Part shown: positions 47,728-58,171 of the stretch, piece by piece
Layout of the letters: each line of letters starts with the position of its first letter
How positions within the stretch are numbered: the first letter of the stretch is position 1
Source: Alphaproteobacteria bacterium
GTDB lineage: Bacteria; Pseudomonadota; Alphaproteobacteria; CALKHQ01
Reading direction: 5' to 3'
DNA length: 64,000 nt
Assembly (NCBI GenBank): GCA_965227515.1
Contig: CBDDFZ010000001.1
Span: forward strand, 96,001 to 160,000
Notes under the pieces: generated by a model
Databases searched by the model: none
Told to the model about the DNA's origin: nothing
Seen by the model: the letters and a program-made list of their open reading frames with translations, nothing else
Program-made: the position numbers and the translations under genes

Positions 47728-48041
47728 TGCTTTCGATCCCGCGAATCGTTCCTTGACCTAACTCGGGTGCGGCGGGAGAGTCAGCGAGACTTGCCGCTTA
47801 TTCGCGTTTGCAATACTGGCTTGTTTTGGCGCCAATTTTGAGTGGGCGGTCTCCAGATTGCTGACCATTGTTGATAAGAGTCCCATCGCTTGGTTCAATT
47901 GGCAAGCCGTTCAACGCGCATGCGTCGGGCAGAAGGGCCACTTGGGGTTGAGGGCTACAAACAGCCAGTGATGAAATGTGTTGGCGAGACCGCGACGAGC
48001 GATCCCGCCCGGCATTTTGCGCGGCTTACGCGGAGGCAGTC

Positions 48042-49229
48042 ATGAACAGGGTTGCCCGTTGGTCCATCGCTGCCGTCCTTGTTCTTGCTTTCGCTTCCGG
48101 CGCACACACCCTGGCCGCGCCACCGCCGGTGGCCGACGAGGACGTGATCCGGCGCATCGTAGAGGACCGCGGCGTCGATGCCGACTGGATCGCGTCGGTG
48201 GCTCGTGGTCAGTTGACGCCCGCCATCGTGGCGGCGGCGGTTGGCCGCGTGGCGGCGGACGCGGGCGCGCTGGAGGTCGTGGCACGCCAGGGCGACGGCT
48301 GGCGTCTTCGCTTCGAGAACGGCACGTCCAGCATGTTTCTGCTGCGCGACGAGGATGGGCTCATCACCGGCCTGTTCATCACGGAACTGGTGCCTGAGGA
48401 CACGAGCGTTGAGCAGCCACTGGCTGCGCTTGCTGAGTTGCCAGGCGAGACGGCGCTGATCGTAACTGCGGGCGACCAAGTGTTGGCGGCACACAATGCC
48501 GACAAGCCCCTGCTGGTCGCCTCGGCGTTCAAACTGGCGGTGCTGCTGGCCGTCCGGCGGTCGGTGGACGCCGGCACGCTGGCATGGGACCAGGTGGTGC
48601 GCTACGACGCCGCCGACGCCTCGGCCGGGTCCGGGCAACTACGTGGCTATCCCGACGGCCACCCGATCACCGTCGCCAGCCTGGCCGCGATGATGATTTC
48701 GCTCAGCGACAACACCGCCACCGACGTGCTGATCGATCTGGTCGGCCGCCGCGAGGTGGAAGCGGCCGGCGGCCCTGCACCGCTGACGACGACGGGGGAA
48801 TACTTCAAGCTGAAGGCCGATGCCGACCTGCAGCAGCGCTATCTCGACGCGACGCCCGAGGAACGCACGGCAATATTGGAAGGTCTCAGCGACGCTCCAC
48901 TGCCGGGCGTCGGCGACTACGCCAACGGACGCACGGCGCACGGCTGGCGGCTGTCGGTCAGCACCTTGTGCGAACTCATGACCGCCGTCGCCGACCTGGA
49001 CCTGATGACCATCAATCCGGGTGCCGCTATCCGCGAGGACTGGGCCCGCATTGCGTTCAAGGGCGGCAACGACTTCGGCATCACCAATCTGACGTACATG
49101 CTGCGCCCATTGGACGGCGGGCCGCCGTTTTGTATCTCGATGACCTGGAACGAGGCAGATCACTACGACGATGCGGGCTTCGCGCTAATCGCCACCCGCA
49201 TCTTCAACGTGCTGCGGGAAATCTACTGA
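48042..49229 (+). CDS. Exported serine hydrolase, class A beta-lactamase-like fold
   Basis: SAFK (SxxK), SDN, KGG in place of KTG; signal peptide; extra N-terminal domain. Confidence 0.8.
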   Translation: MNRVARWSIAAVLVLAFASGAHTLAAPPPVADEDVIRRIVEDRGVDADWIASVARGQLTPAIVAAAVGRVAADAGALEVVARQGDGWRLRFENGTSSMFLLRDEDGLITGLFITELVPEDTSVEQPLAALAELPGETALIVTAGDQVLAAHNADKPLLVASAFKLAVLLAVRRSVDAGTLAWDQVVRYDAADASAGSGQLRGYPDGHPITVASLAAMMISLSDNTATDVLIDLVGRREVEAAGGPAPLTTTGEYFKLKADADLQQRYLDATPEERTAILEGLSDAPLPGVGDYANGRTAHGWRLSVSTLCELMTAVADLDLMTINPGAAIREDWARIAFKGGNDFGITNLTYMLRPLDGGPPFCISMTWNEADHYDDAGFALIATRIFNVLREIY

Positions 49230-49237
49230 GGCAGCAC

Positions 49238-50689
49238 TCAGGCAGCCGCCAGCTTCACGTACTCGAAGTCGCCGGGCTTGTTGTCGATGCCTGATTTGGG
49301 CGGGGCGATCCAGCCGGCGTACTTGCCCGGCGTGTACTCCGGCACCATCAGCGACTGGATGAATGCGCCGTCGTCGGCGGTCGGCAGCCAGTCGTCGCGC
49401 CGGGCCGCCCAATCGTCGGCCGTCATCACCGTGCCGTCGGGCGCCACATGCGCCCCGGAGAAGGCGCCGATCTGGCGGTAGAACGCCTCGTGCGGCAGGG
49501 TGAACTCGAACGCCACACCTGCCTTGGCAACGATGGTGTTCCAGCGCCTGACGCCGGACATGCAGTCACTGACGTAATCGTCGCGCAGCCGCATGTTGAT
49601 TGCCGACAGGGCGGGCGCGTCCTCATGGACGATCCGGCCATTGCTGAGACCGGCCACCCGGTAGGTGGCCTCGGTCAGCTTGTGGTCGTCGTCGATGCGG
49701 GTCTCGCGGAAGCGGCCCTTGATGCCGGCGTTGTAGGCGTTGGCGGCGTTGGTCGAGACCTCGGCCCCGAACAGGTCCAGCGACAGCGCGTAGTGGAGAT
49801 TGAGTTTCTTCTGGATCGTCGGCAGGTCGATGACGCCCAGGTTGCGGATGCGCGCGACGTCGCGCGGGTCGTCGATGCCGGCCTCGGTCATCGCCTCGCA
49901 GGTGCGCCGGATCGTCCGCCCGATGCCGGTATCACCGACGAACATATGGTGCGCCTCTTCGGTCAGCATGAAGCGGCAGGTGCGGCTCAGCGGGTCGAAG
50001 CCCGACTGGGCGAGGCTTTCCAGTTGCATCTTGCCGTCGCGGTCGGTGAAGAAGGTGAACATGAAGAACGACAGCCAGTCGGGCGTCGCCTCGTTGAACG
50101 CGCCCAGCATGCGCGGCGCCTCGGGCGAGCCGGAATGGCGGTGCAGCAGGCCGTTCGCCTCCTCCCGCCCATCGGCGCCGAAATACTTCTGCAGCAGGTA
50201 GACCATCGCCCACAGATGGCGGCCTTCCTCGACATTGACCTGGAACAGGTTGCGCAGGTCATAGAGCGACGGCGCGGTCGCGCCGAGATGGCGCTGCTGC
50301 TCCACCGATGCCGGCTCGGTGTCGCCCTGGATCACGATCAGCCGGCGCAGCATGGCGCGGTATTCGCCCGGCACTTCCTGCCAGGCCGGCTGTCCCTTGT
50401 GCTCGCCGAAATTGATCGTGCGGCCTTCCTCCGGCGGCGCCAGCAGGACGCCCCAGCGGTATTCCGGCATGCGGACATAGCCGAACTGGGCCCAGCCCTC
50501 GCGCTCCACGCTGACGGCGGTGCGCAGATAGACTTGCGCGTCCTGAAAGCCGGCCGGGCCGAACTCCTGCCACCAGTCGAGATAGCCGGGATGCCAGCGT
50601 TCCAGCCCGCGCAGCACCCGCCGGTCGTCGGCAAGCCCGACATTGTTCGGGATCAGCGTGTCGTAGTCGACGGCGAGCGAGCCGGTCAT
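49238..50689 (-). CDS. boxB: Benzoyl-CoA 2,3-epoxidase subunit BoxB
   Basis: IPNNV.L, QGDTEPASVEQQ, NVEEGRHLWAM and TEEAHHM di-iron EXXH motifs. Confidence 0.95.
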   Translation of the reverse strand: MTGSLAVDYDTLIPNNVGLADDRRVLRGLERWHPGYLDWWQEFGPAGFQDAQVYLRTAVSVEREGWAQFGYVRMPEYRWGVLLAPPEEGRTINFGEHKGQPAWQEVPGEYRAMLRRLIVIQGDTEPASVEQQRHLGATAPSLYDLRNLFQVNVEEGRHLWAMVYLLQKYFGADGREEANGLLHRHSGSPEAPRMLGAFNEATPDWLSFFMFTFFTDRDGKMQLESLAQSGFDPLSRTCRFMLTEEAHHMFVGDTGIGRTIRRTCEAMTEAGIDDPRDVARIRNLGVIDLPTIQKKLNLHYALSLDLFGAEVSTNAANAYNAGIKGRFRETRIDDDHKLTEATYRVAGLSNGRIVHEDAPALSAINMRLRDDYVSDCMSGVRRWNTIVAKAGVAFEFTLPHEAFYRQIGAFSGAHVAPDGTVMTADDWAARRDDWLPTADDGAFIQSLMVPEYTPGKYAGWIAPPKSGIDNKPGDFEYVKLAAA

Positions 50690-50804
50690 GGCGGCCTCCG
50701 GGTGCTGACAAACGAGTATCTACTACCTGGCCAGCATACCCCGGAACCGCCCCGGTTTCAGCGCCGCGCGCGCCGATGCCGCACCATCGTGCGGACAGCG
50801 GAAC

Positions 50805-51365
50805 TCACCACGGCAGCTCCCAGGAGATCCGGCGGTTGGCCTGGTTGGGAACCTCGTCCTCCGTCGGGATCACGAGTTCGGTCTCGCCGCGGCCCTCAAC
50901 GTCGATGACGGCGGGGTCGATGCCCTGTGCGACCATCGCGTCACGCACCTCGCCGGCAACCTGCAGCGACAGCGCCATGTTGTCTTCGGCACTGCCGACC
51001 GTGTCAGTGTGCCCGATCAGCTTGACGCCACCGGCCAATATGATCGAGCAGAAGAGGTCCTCAACCATATTGCTGGTCAGCTGGTTCATGACCGGCTCGC
51101 CGCGATTGTACAGGAACGGAGCCCACTCAATGAAAACCCCGTCAAGTGCGGGCCAGCCTGCGGTTTCCTGGTCGATGCACCATTGGACATGCTCCGGATC
51201 GGCGAGGTCGGTGTACCCGGACGCCCGCACCTCTTCGGGCGCGGTGGTGTCGGCCTGCGGCCCCGCCGCCCCGCTGTCGACCGGTGTCGCCGTCGACCCG
51301 GCACACGCCGCCAGCACCAGCGCGCCAGAGCACAAAAAGCTGACGTTCAGAATTGTTGAGCGCAT
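50805..51365 (-). CDS. OmpA-family lipoprotein
   Basis: LAAC lipobox, GHTDTVGS..DN.ALS, GRGETEL, NRR. Confidence 0.82.
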   Translation of the reverse strand: MRSTILNVSFLCSGALVLAACAGSTATPVDSGAAGPQADTTAPEEVRASGYTDLADPEHVQWCIDQETAGWPALDGVFIEWAPFLYNRGEPVMNQLTSNMVEDLFCSIILAGGVKLIGHTDTVGSAEDNMALSLQVAGEVRDAMVAQGIDPAVIDVEGRGETELVIPTEDEVPNQANRRISWELPW

Positions 51366-51819
51366 GATCCACCTTCAAATCCGTTTGTTACCCCCAGCAT
51401 TAGGTCGCCACAGGCCGCAAACGGTTCATTTGAGGCCACCGCACGCTACGGAGATCGGGAGAACACGAACCATTCGCCGTCATATTCTATCCGAAAGGCG
51501 TTGCGGCCCTCGCCGACGAATTCGAAGTCCCAGTCGGACACGCGACTGCCCGCGCGCAGGAAAGCTGCCGTCCAGATCGGCGTTTCGGCGGCGTTGGACT
51601 CCGTCACCGACCAGTTGCCGAGAGCTTCACGGTCGTACGCATGTCTTCCCCCGCTCGTTGACGTCGTCCTTTTCTTGCCCATTGCGCCACATCGCGGTGG
51701 GGATTGCCAGCCGCACCGTCACGACGAGGGCTAGCGGACGCGCAGCGAAAAGACTCCTCGACCGACTGCGACGAGCGTAACCTGCCCGTTCGAGACCATC
51801 GGCAGTCTCGGAGAGCGTC

Positions 51820-53052
51820 ATGAACGTTCGTGCAGTCGATCTCGACGTCGCCGTCATCGGTGCGGGTTGGGCAGGACTCGGCGTGAGCTATGCGCTTCAG
51901 CAGGCCGGCTTGCGCCATGTCGTCTTCGAGCGTCATCGCATCTGCGAGACCTGGCGCACCCAGCGCTGGTCAACGTTCCGGATGAACACCCCTAACGTCC
52001 TGTCCGTGCTGCCCGGCGACCGTTACGACGGCGACGACCCGGAAGGCTACATGACGTGCGATGCCTTCGTGGCAATGGTGGAAGGCTATGCGAGGCGGCA
52101 TCGTCTTCCGGTTCAAGAAGGCAACGCTATCGCCGAGGTGCGGCCGCTGGGAGACCGCTTCAAGGTGGTGACGGCGGCCGATGAAGTCGTCGCGGGATCG
52201 GTGGTGGTGGCAACCGGCAACCTGAACGTCCCCCGCCGACCGGGCCTGGCAGCAAAGTTGCCGGACACCGTCACCCAGATCGACGGGTCCGACTACCGCA
52301 ACGTGGCCGCGCTGGCCGATGGCGCGGTCCTGGTGGTGGGATGCGGCAACTCAGGCGGCCAGATCGCGGAGGACATCGCGCTTGGCGGCCGGCGCGTGTA
52401 CCTCTCGACGGGCCGCAACGGCCGCGTGCCCAGAACCCACAGGAATCGCGACATTTTCCTTTGGCTGACCGACACCGGGCGGATGGCCAAGCCGCGCGAG
52501 ACCGCGTCCGGCCGGGGCCTGATCGGGGCCACCCACACGATCAGCCTGCAATCGCTGAGCGCCACAGGCGTCACGATGCTCGGCCGCCTGGACGGTGCGA
52601 CGGAAGATGGGACGCTGACCTTCGCCGATACGCTGGCGGAGAGCGCAGCCTATGGCGACCGGATGTCGGAAGCGCTTCGCCGCGAGATCGACGCCTACAT
52701 CGATGCGGCCGGGATAAGCGCGCCGCCGTCACGGCCCGACCCCGCCGAGACGGTGCCTTCACGATTCCCCGACCCGCCGATCCGCGAGCTCGACCTGTTG
52801 GCCGAGAATGTCACTACGGTGATCTGGTCGACAGGCTTCACCGGCGATTTCAGCTGGCTAAGGGTTCCCGGCGCGACCGATGACAAAGGTCAGCCACTGC
52901 AGCGAAACTGCGTGTCGACGCCCGGCATCTATTTCGCGGGCCTGGACAGCCTGGAGTCGCTGAGGGCGGGTACGGTTCTCGCCGCCGCAGTCGAGGTGGA
53001 GGCCATCGCCAGCCACATCATGGCACATCGCGGCCACGCGCTCGGCCGCTAG
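51820..53052 (+). CDS. Flavin-containing monooxygenase-like FAD/NAD(P) oxidoreductase
   Basis: GAGWAG FAD motif, W..QRW, VATG, GCGNSGGQI NAD(P) motif, IWSTGF. Confidence 0.85.
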   Translation: MNVRAVDLDVAVIGAGWAGLGVSYALQQAGLRHVVFERHRICETWRTQRWSTFRMNTPNVLSVLPGDRYDGDDPEGYMTCDAFVAMVEGYARRHRLPVQEGNAIAEVRPLGDRFKVVTAADEVVAGSVVVATGNLNVPRRPGLAAKLPDTVTQIDGSDYRNVAALADGAVLVVGCGNSGGQIAEDIALGGRRVYLSTGRNGRVPRTHRNRDIFLWLTDTGRMAKPRETASGRGLIGATHTISLQSLSATGVTMLGRLDGATEDGTLTFADTLAESAAYGDRMSEALRREIDAYIDAAGISAPPSRPDPAETVPSRFPDPPIRELDLLAENVTTVIWSTGFTGDFSWLRVPGATDDKGQPLQRNCVSTPGIYFAGLDSLESLRAGTVLAAAVEVEAIASHIMAHRGHALGR

Positions 53053-53212
53053 TGTGGTGGTTTCGAAGTTCGCCATACAACTGCGGTGGTACCAGCGCGA
53101 ACTTCGAAACCGAAAACCACACTAGAAACAATATTTTGCTAGTGTCCCAATCGAATCTGAAGTTCGATCGAGGCCAGCAGATACTGTTACGAACTTCAGA
53201 TTCGGGACACTA
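53049..53212. repeat. CTAG-bounded double-hairpin element (MITE-like) between convergent genes
   Basis: CTAGTGTGGT..TTCGAAGTTCGC...GCGAACTTCGAA..ACCACACTAG (53049-53125) and CTAGTGTCCC..GAATCTGAAGTTCG...CGAACTTCAGATTCGGGACACTA (53139-53212). Confidence 0.85.
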
Positions 53213-54871
53213 CACCCGCTTGCGGTCGAACTGCGGGCGTTGGCCGGTGCCGTACCGCCGGAGCGCGCCGTCCTCGCCGACCGCGTTCGGGCGCTGGAAC
53301 ACCCAGTTCTGCCAGGCGGTCAGCCGCCCGAAGATGCGGGTCGCCATCGTCTCCGGCCCGGCGAAGCGCAAATTGGCCTCCATCGCCGTCATCGCATCGG
53401 GAGAGAAGCTGGCGCGCTCCTCCAGGAAGATGCGCACCTCGTCCTCCCAATCGATGTCGTCATAAGCGAAAGTGACCAGCCCCAGCTTGTCGGCGTCCGC
53501 CGCCTCCAGCGCCTGGCCGATATGTTCCTCCGCCGCGCGCAGCGTCTCCGGCGCGCCGAGAAAGCGTGTCGCCAGCCGGCTGAGGTCGTTGGCCATCGGC
53601 AGCGCGCCGAAGTTCAGCGGCGACAGCGTGAGCGTGGCGACAGGGCGGTTGTCGCCCTCGAACACGCCATCGGCCATGTAGGTGCGGTCGCAGGCGAACG
53701 CGATCTCTGCCAGCAGACCGGCGAAGCAGGAACCCGGTTCGATCAGCGCGACCAGCGAGCGCGATGTCAGGTCGATGCGCTGCAAGACCCGTTTCCACAG
53801 AGCCAGGATCTCATTGGCCAGCCAGTGGCCGCGATTGGCGGTCAGCACGGCTTCGTGCGCCGCGACCAGGGCCGGGTCGCCGGCGGTCTTGAACACCAGC
53901 ACGCCAAGCTCGGTCTCGTTGAAGCGCAGGTGAAGCAGCGCGTCGTCCAGCTCGCGCGCGCAGCGCAGCGTCCAGGCGCCGGCCCCTTCGCGGTGCAACG
54001 CGTCGGCATCTGCGGGGGCCGGGCCGTCCGGCCCGGCGATCTCGATCGTCGCGATGCCGGCCTCGCGGTCGAGCGCGACCGAGACGGTCGAATAGGTGAT
54101 GGCGTCGTCGGAGATGGTGCGCTCGATGGGCGACAGCGCGATACCGCCATTCTCGATACCGCTGGCGGCGGTGCGCCCGCCCGCCATCGCGTCCGCCCGC
54201 GCGGTGACGGCGTCGGCGAACGTCGCGTTCGGCACCAACTCGTCGACAAGTCCCCAGTCCAGCGCCCGCGCACCGCGCACGCCCTCCTCCATGGTCGAGA
54301 ACACGTCGGCCCGGTCGCGCCGCACCTTGCGCTTGTCGGTCACCCGGGTCAGTCCGCCGGTGCCCGGCAGCACCGCCAGCAGCGGCACCTCCGGCAACGC
54401 CACCGAGGACGTGCCGTCGTCGGCCAGCATGATGTGGTCGCAGGCGAGCGCCAACTCATAGCCGCCGCCGGCACATGCCCCCTTCACCGCGCACAGATAG
54501 CGCTGCCCGGAGTCCTTGCCAGCCGTCTCCATCGCCAGCCGGGTCTCGTTGGTGAACTTGCAGAAGTTGACCTTGTGGTCGTGGGCCGCACCCGCCAGCA
54601 TGCGGATGTTGGCGCCGGCACAGAACACCCGGTCCTTGCCCGATTGCAGCACCACCACGTCGACCTCCGGGTGCTCGAAGCGCAAACGCTGGATGGCATC
54701 CGCCAGCTCGATGTCGACACCCAGGTCGTAGGAGTTGAGCTTCAGCGCATAGCCGTCGAACAGGCCAGCTTCCTCGTCCACGTCCATGATCAGGCGCGCG
54801 ACCGCGCCCTCGGTCTCGATCCGCCAATGGCGGTAGTGCTGCGGTTCGGTGCGGAAGTCGATATCGGTCAT
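53210..54871 (-). CDS. boxC: 2,3-epoxybenzoyl-CoA dihydrolase BoxC
   Basis: LKLNSYDLGVDIELADA.QRLRFEHPEV, KVNFCKFTNETR, LPEVPLLAVLPGTGGLTR, FGRLTAWQNW.FQRPNA. Confidence 0.95.
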   Translation of the reverse strand: MTDIDFRTEPQHYRHWRIETEGAVARLIMDVDEEAGLFDGYALKLNSYDLGVDIELADAIQRLRFEHPEVDVVVLQSGKDRVFCAGANIRMLAGAAHDHKVNFCKFTNETRLAMETAGKDSGQRYLCAVKGACAGGGYELALACDHIMLADDGTSSVALPEVPLLAVLPGTGGLTRVTDKRKVRRDRADVFSTMEEGVRGARALDWGLVDELVPNATFADAVTARADAMAGGRTAASGIENGGIALSPIERTISDDAITYSTVSVALDREAGIATIEIAGPDGPAPADADALHREGAGAWTLRCARELDDALLHLRFNETELGVLVFKTAGDPALVAAHEAVLTANRGHWLANEILALWKRVLQRIDLTSRSLVALIEPGSCFAGLLAEIAFACDRTYMADGVFEGDNRPVATLTLSPLNFGALPMANDLSRLATRFLGAPETLRAAEEHIGQALEAADADKLGLVTFAYDDIDWEDEVRIFLEERASFSPDAMTAMEANLRFAGPETMATRIFGRLTAWQNWVFQRPNAVGEDGALRRYGTGQRPQFDRKRV

Positions 54872-55689
54872 GTAGCGGCCTCCGAGGCGTGGCCCAGCAC
54901 GTCGGGCGCGGCGACGAATTCGGCGATCAGGTCAAGGGTGCGCTGCGGCTGGTCGATAAAGGGCGCGTGGCGGCAATCGTCCAGCATCGCCACCTGGACG
55001 GCGCCGGGCACGCCGTCCTCCACCGCCGTTATCTGGGCGCGGGTGCCGTACTGGTCCTGCTTGCCCTGGATCGCCAGCACCGGCACACCCACGTCGGCCA
55101 GCGGCGCTTCGATGTTCCAGGCTTCGAAATCCGGGTTCAGCCAGCTGTAGTTCCAGCCGCGGAACGTATTGTCGACATGGCTGTGATAGCGGGCCAGCCG
55201 GTCGCGCAAGTCGCCCTGGTCATAGGCGGCCTTGGCCTCGGCGATCGACGCCAGCCCCTGCGGCTCGGTGAAGAAGTGCGGCGCCATCAGCACGATGCCG
55301 GCAACGCGGCGGTCGCCGACCAGGCCCGCGTGGAGTGCTGCGATGGAGGCACCGTCGGAATGGCCGACCAGCACGCCGCGCCGGAACCCGATGCCGTCCA
55401 GCACCTGGGGCAGCACGCGCACCGCCTCGTCGGTCATGTAGTCGAGCGGGCGCGGCAGATCGCACGGATCGGACCCGCCATAGCCCTGGCGCGAATAGGC
55501 GAACACGCCGCAGCCGGTGGCCGCCGCCAGACGCTCGGGGACGTCGCGCCACAGCGCCACGCAACCCAGGCCCTCGTGCAGCAGCACGATGGTCGGCGCG
55601 CTGGCCGGCGCCGGCCCGACCGCGCGCGCCTCCAGCACCGCCCCGTCAACGGTCAGCCGCAGTGGCTTATCCGGTGTCCAATCCAACAT
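54868..55689 (-). CDS. Alpha/beta hydrolase linked to boxC
   Basis: LLHEGLG, GHSDGAS nucleophile elbow, QG..DQYGT, H.P; ATGA overlap with boxC. Confidence 0.88.
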   Translation of the reverse strand: MLDWTPDKPLRLTVDGAVLEARAVGPAPASAPTIVLLHEGLGCVALWRDVPERLAAATGCGVFAYSRQGYGGSDPCDLPRPLDYMTDEAVRVLPQVLDGIGFRRGVLVGHSDGASIAALHAGLVGDRRVAGIVLMAPHFFTEPQGLASIAEAKAAYDQGDLRDRLARYHSHVDNTFRGWNYSWLNPDFEAWNIEAPLADVGVPVLAIQGKQDQYGTRAQITAVEDGVPGAVQVAMLDDCRHAPFIDQPQRTLDLIAEFVAAPDVLGHASEAAT

Positions 55690-55811
55690 GACGGTCTCCG
55701 CATAATCGCAGGCAGCGCCACCGGTCAACGGCCATGGGCAACCCGCGCCCAATTGGGGTAGTGTCGGGACAGGTACTTCATCGCTGCGATGACGGTTTTT
55801 GGGAGGACACG

Positions 55812-56987
55812 ATGAAAATTCAAAAAATGGCTCTGCTGGGCGGGGCGGCGGCGTTCGGCGCGCTCGCGAGCATGCCGGCGCAGGCGGAGGATTACACGGT
55901 CGGGCTGCTGCTGCCCTATTCCGGTGTCTATGCCGCGCTGGGCCAGGAGATCGATGACGGCTTCGCGCTGGCGATGGAGCATTTCGGCGGCGAGGTCAGC
56001 GACCACACCATCGAGCTGGTGCGCGAGGACACCGAGGTCGATCCGCAGGTCGGGCTCGCCAAAACCCGCAAGCTGATCCTGGAGGACGAGGCCGATGTCA
56101 TCGTCGGCGTGGTCTCATCCGGCGTTCTGGGCGCGATGCGCGACTTCATCCACCAGGCGGAGACGCCGCTGATCGTCGCCAATGCCGGCAACGACGCCGC
56201 GACGGGCGAGCGCTGCAGCCCCTACATCACCCGGGTGTCGTTCTCCAACAGCCAGGTCAACCGCCCGATGGGGCAATGGATGTACGACCAGGGCATTCGC
56301 ACGGTCTACACGATGGCGCCCGACTACGCGGCCGGCCATCAGATGATCGACACCTTCACGGCGGAGTTCACCGCGCTGGGCGGCGAAGTTGTCGGCGGCG
56401 CCTACACCCCGTTCCAGAACACCCAGGACTTCGGCCCCTATCTGACCACCGCCCAGGAAGCCAACCCGGACGCGGTCTATGTGTTCTATGCCGGCGGCGA
56501 GGCGATCTCGTTCGTCAAGCAGTACGACAGCTTCGGCCTGAAGGCGGAAACCCCGCTCTATGGCGCCGGCTTCCTGACCTCGCCGCTCTACGTCAATGCC
56601 GAGGGGCCGGCGGCGGAGGGCATCATCGCCGCCCTGCACTACCTGCCGGTGATCGAAAGCCCGGAGAACGAGACCTTCGTGCAGGCCTACATCGACACCT
56701 ACAACCGGCTGCCGTCCGAATTCGCGGTCGCCGGCTACGACGCCGGCCGCGCCATTGTCGAGGCGATCAAGGGCGGTGCCACCGACCGCGCGTCGCTGGC
56801 CGCGGCGCTGTCGTCGATGAGCTTCACCGGCCCGCGCGGCCCGCTGGAGATCGACCCGGCCACCAACAACGTGGTGCAGAACATCTACATTTACGAGACG
56901 GTCGCCGCCGAGGACGGCACGCTGACCCAGGAAATCCTGGAGGTGGTCGAGGCCGTGCGCGACGCCCCCAACGGCTGCGAGATGTAG
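55812..56987 (+). CDS. Liv-type ABC substrate-binding protein (aromatic acid-binding candidate)
   Basis: Signal peptide, GLLLPYSGVYAALG, G.VSSGV, DYAAG, GPRG; GGGAGG RBS; divergent from the box genes. Confidence 0.88.
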   Translation: MKIQKMALLGGAAAFGALASMPAQAEDYTVGLLLPYSGVYAALGQEIDDGFALAMEHFGGEVSDHTIELVREDTEVDPQVGLAKTRKLILEDEADVIVGVVSSGVLGAMRDFIHQAETPLIVANAGNDAATGERCSPYITRVSFSNSQVNRPMGQWMYDQGIRTVYTMAPDYAAGHQMIDTFTAEFTALGGEVVGGAYTPFQNTQDFGPYLTTAQEANPDAVYVFYAGGEAISFVKQYDSFGLKAETPLYGAGFLTSPLYVNAEGPAAEGIIAALHYLPVIESPENETFVQAYIDTYNRLPSEFAVAGYDAGRAIVEAIKGGATDRASLAAALSSMSFTGPRGPLEIDPATNNVVQNIYIYETVAAEDGTLTQEILEVVEAVRDAPNGCEM

Positions 56988-57010
56988 TTACCTCGGGGAT
57001 CAAGCCTACA

Positions 57011-57196
57011 CCCAACTTCGTCGCCCTCGCCCTTGTGGCGAGGGCCCATATCCGTGCAGCGTTCGGCAGAAACTAGATTGAACCGGCGCTGCCGCCATTC
57101 GGGTAACGTCCATCCGGCTTCACGATCCCACTTGATCTGTTAGGGAGTTGGACGTGAATGGGTCCTCGCCACAAGGGCGAGGACGACAAGTTTGGG
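57011..57196. repeat. Inverted palindrome dimer, repeat family C
   Basis: GTCGCCCTCGCCCTTGTGGCGAGGGCCCAT (from 57020) and ATGGGTCCTCGCCACAAGGGCGAGGACGAC (57158-57187), between the SBP and permease genes. Confidence 0.85.
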
Positions 57197-57271
57197 TACA
57201 TGGTGATCCGCGGTCGGGACTCCACCCAGGTTTGCGCGTGATACTACCAATGGGATTGGAACGCAGACCAC

Positions 57272-58144
57272 ATGCCCAGTGACCCCTCGTTCTGGTTCGT
57301 GCAGGCGCTGAACGCGCTGCAGTATTCGATGCTGCTGTTTCTGCTGGCGATCGGGCTGACGGTCATTTTCGGCCTGCTCCACTTCGTCAACCTGGCCCAT
57401 GGCGCGCTCTATGGGCTGGGCGCGTTCGTCGGCGTGTCGGCGGTGGCGCTGGTCGGCAGCTACTGGGCGGCGTTCGCCTTCGCGCCGGTGGTGGTCGCCG
57501 CCATCGGGGTCGGTCTCTACCTGGCGCTGATCCGGCGCATGCGGCGTGCCGGCCCGATGAACCAGGTGCTGGTCACCTTCGGCCTGATCTTCGTGTTCAT
57601 GGACGTGTTCCGCATGATCTGGGGCGACATCGCACTCTCCATCGAGGAGCCGGCCCTGTTCACCGGCCAGACGACGCTGTTCGGCATCGTCTACCCCACC
57701 TACCGCCTGTTCATCATCGGCCTGGGCCTGGTGGTGATGGCGGCCCTGTGGCTGGTGCTGTCGCGCACCCAAATCGGCGCCATGGTGCGCGCCGGGGTCG
57801 ACAACGACCAGATGGCGGCGTGCCTGGGCGTGAACGTGGAACGGGTGTTCTTCATCGTGTTCTGCGTCGGCTGCGCGCTGGCCGGGCTGGCCGGCGTGGT
57901 GGCGGCACCGATCCTGTCGGTCACCACCGACATGGGGGTCACCATCCTGATCCCGTGCCTGATCGTGGTGGTGGTCGGCGGGCTGGGCAGCCTGAAGGGG
58001 GCCATCGCCGGGTCGCTGCTGACCGGCTTCGTGCAGACGTTCGGCGCCGTGCTGGCGCCCGAACTGGCGGCGGTTGCGATCTACGCCACGCTGGCCGGTG
58101 TGCTGATCCTGCGCCCGGCCGGCCTGTTCCCCGCGCGCAGTTGA
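57272..58144 (+). CDS. Liv-type ABC permease (LivH-like)
   Basis: AIGLTVIFG...VNLAHG, VVVGGLGS..GA, RPAGLF. Confidence 0.9.
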   Translation: MPSDPSFWFVQALNALQYSMLLFLLAIGLTVIFGLLHFVNLAHGALYGLGAFVGVSAVALVGSYWAAFAFAPVVVAAIGVGLYLALIRRMRRAGPMNQVLVTFGLIFVFMDVFRMIWGDIALSIEEPALFTGQTTLFGIVYPTYRLFIIGLGLVVMAALWLVLSRTQIGAMVRAGVDNDQMAACLGVNVERVFFIVFCVGCALAGLAGVVAAPILSVTTDMGVTILIPCLIVVVVGGLGSLKGAIAGSLLTGFVQTFGAVLAPELAAVAIYATLAGVLILRPAGLFPARS

Positions 58145-58171
58145 CCGCCCGCAGCCTCGGATAGCCGGCCG

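Noticed and set aside
48042-49229. Functional antibiotic-resistance beta-lactamase
   Set aside because: SxxK and SDN are present, but KTG is KGG, no clear omega-loop ExxLN is visible and there is an extra N-terminal domain; reported only as a serine hydrolase
51446-51780. 78-aa ORF or frameshifted gene remnant between the OmpA gene and the monooxygenase
   Set aside because: The C-terminal part looks protein-like, but there is no RBS, no recognisable family and atypical codon use; cannot be supported
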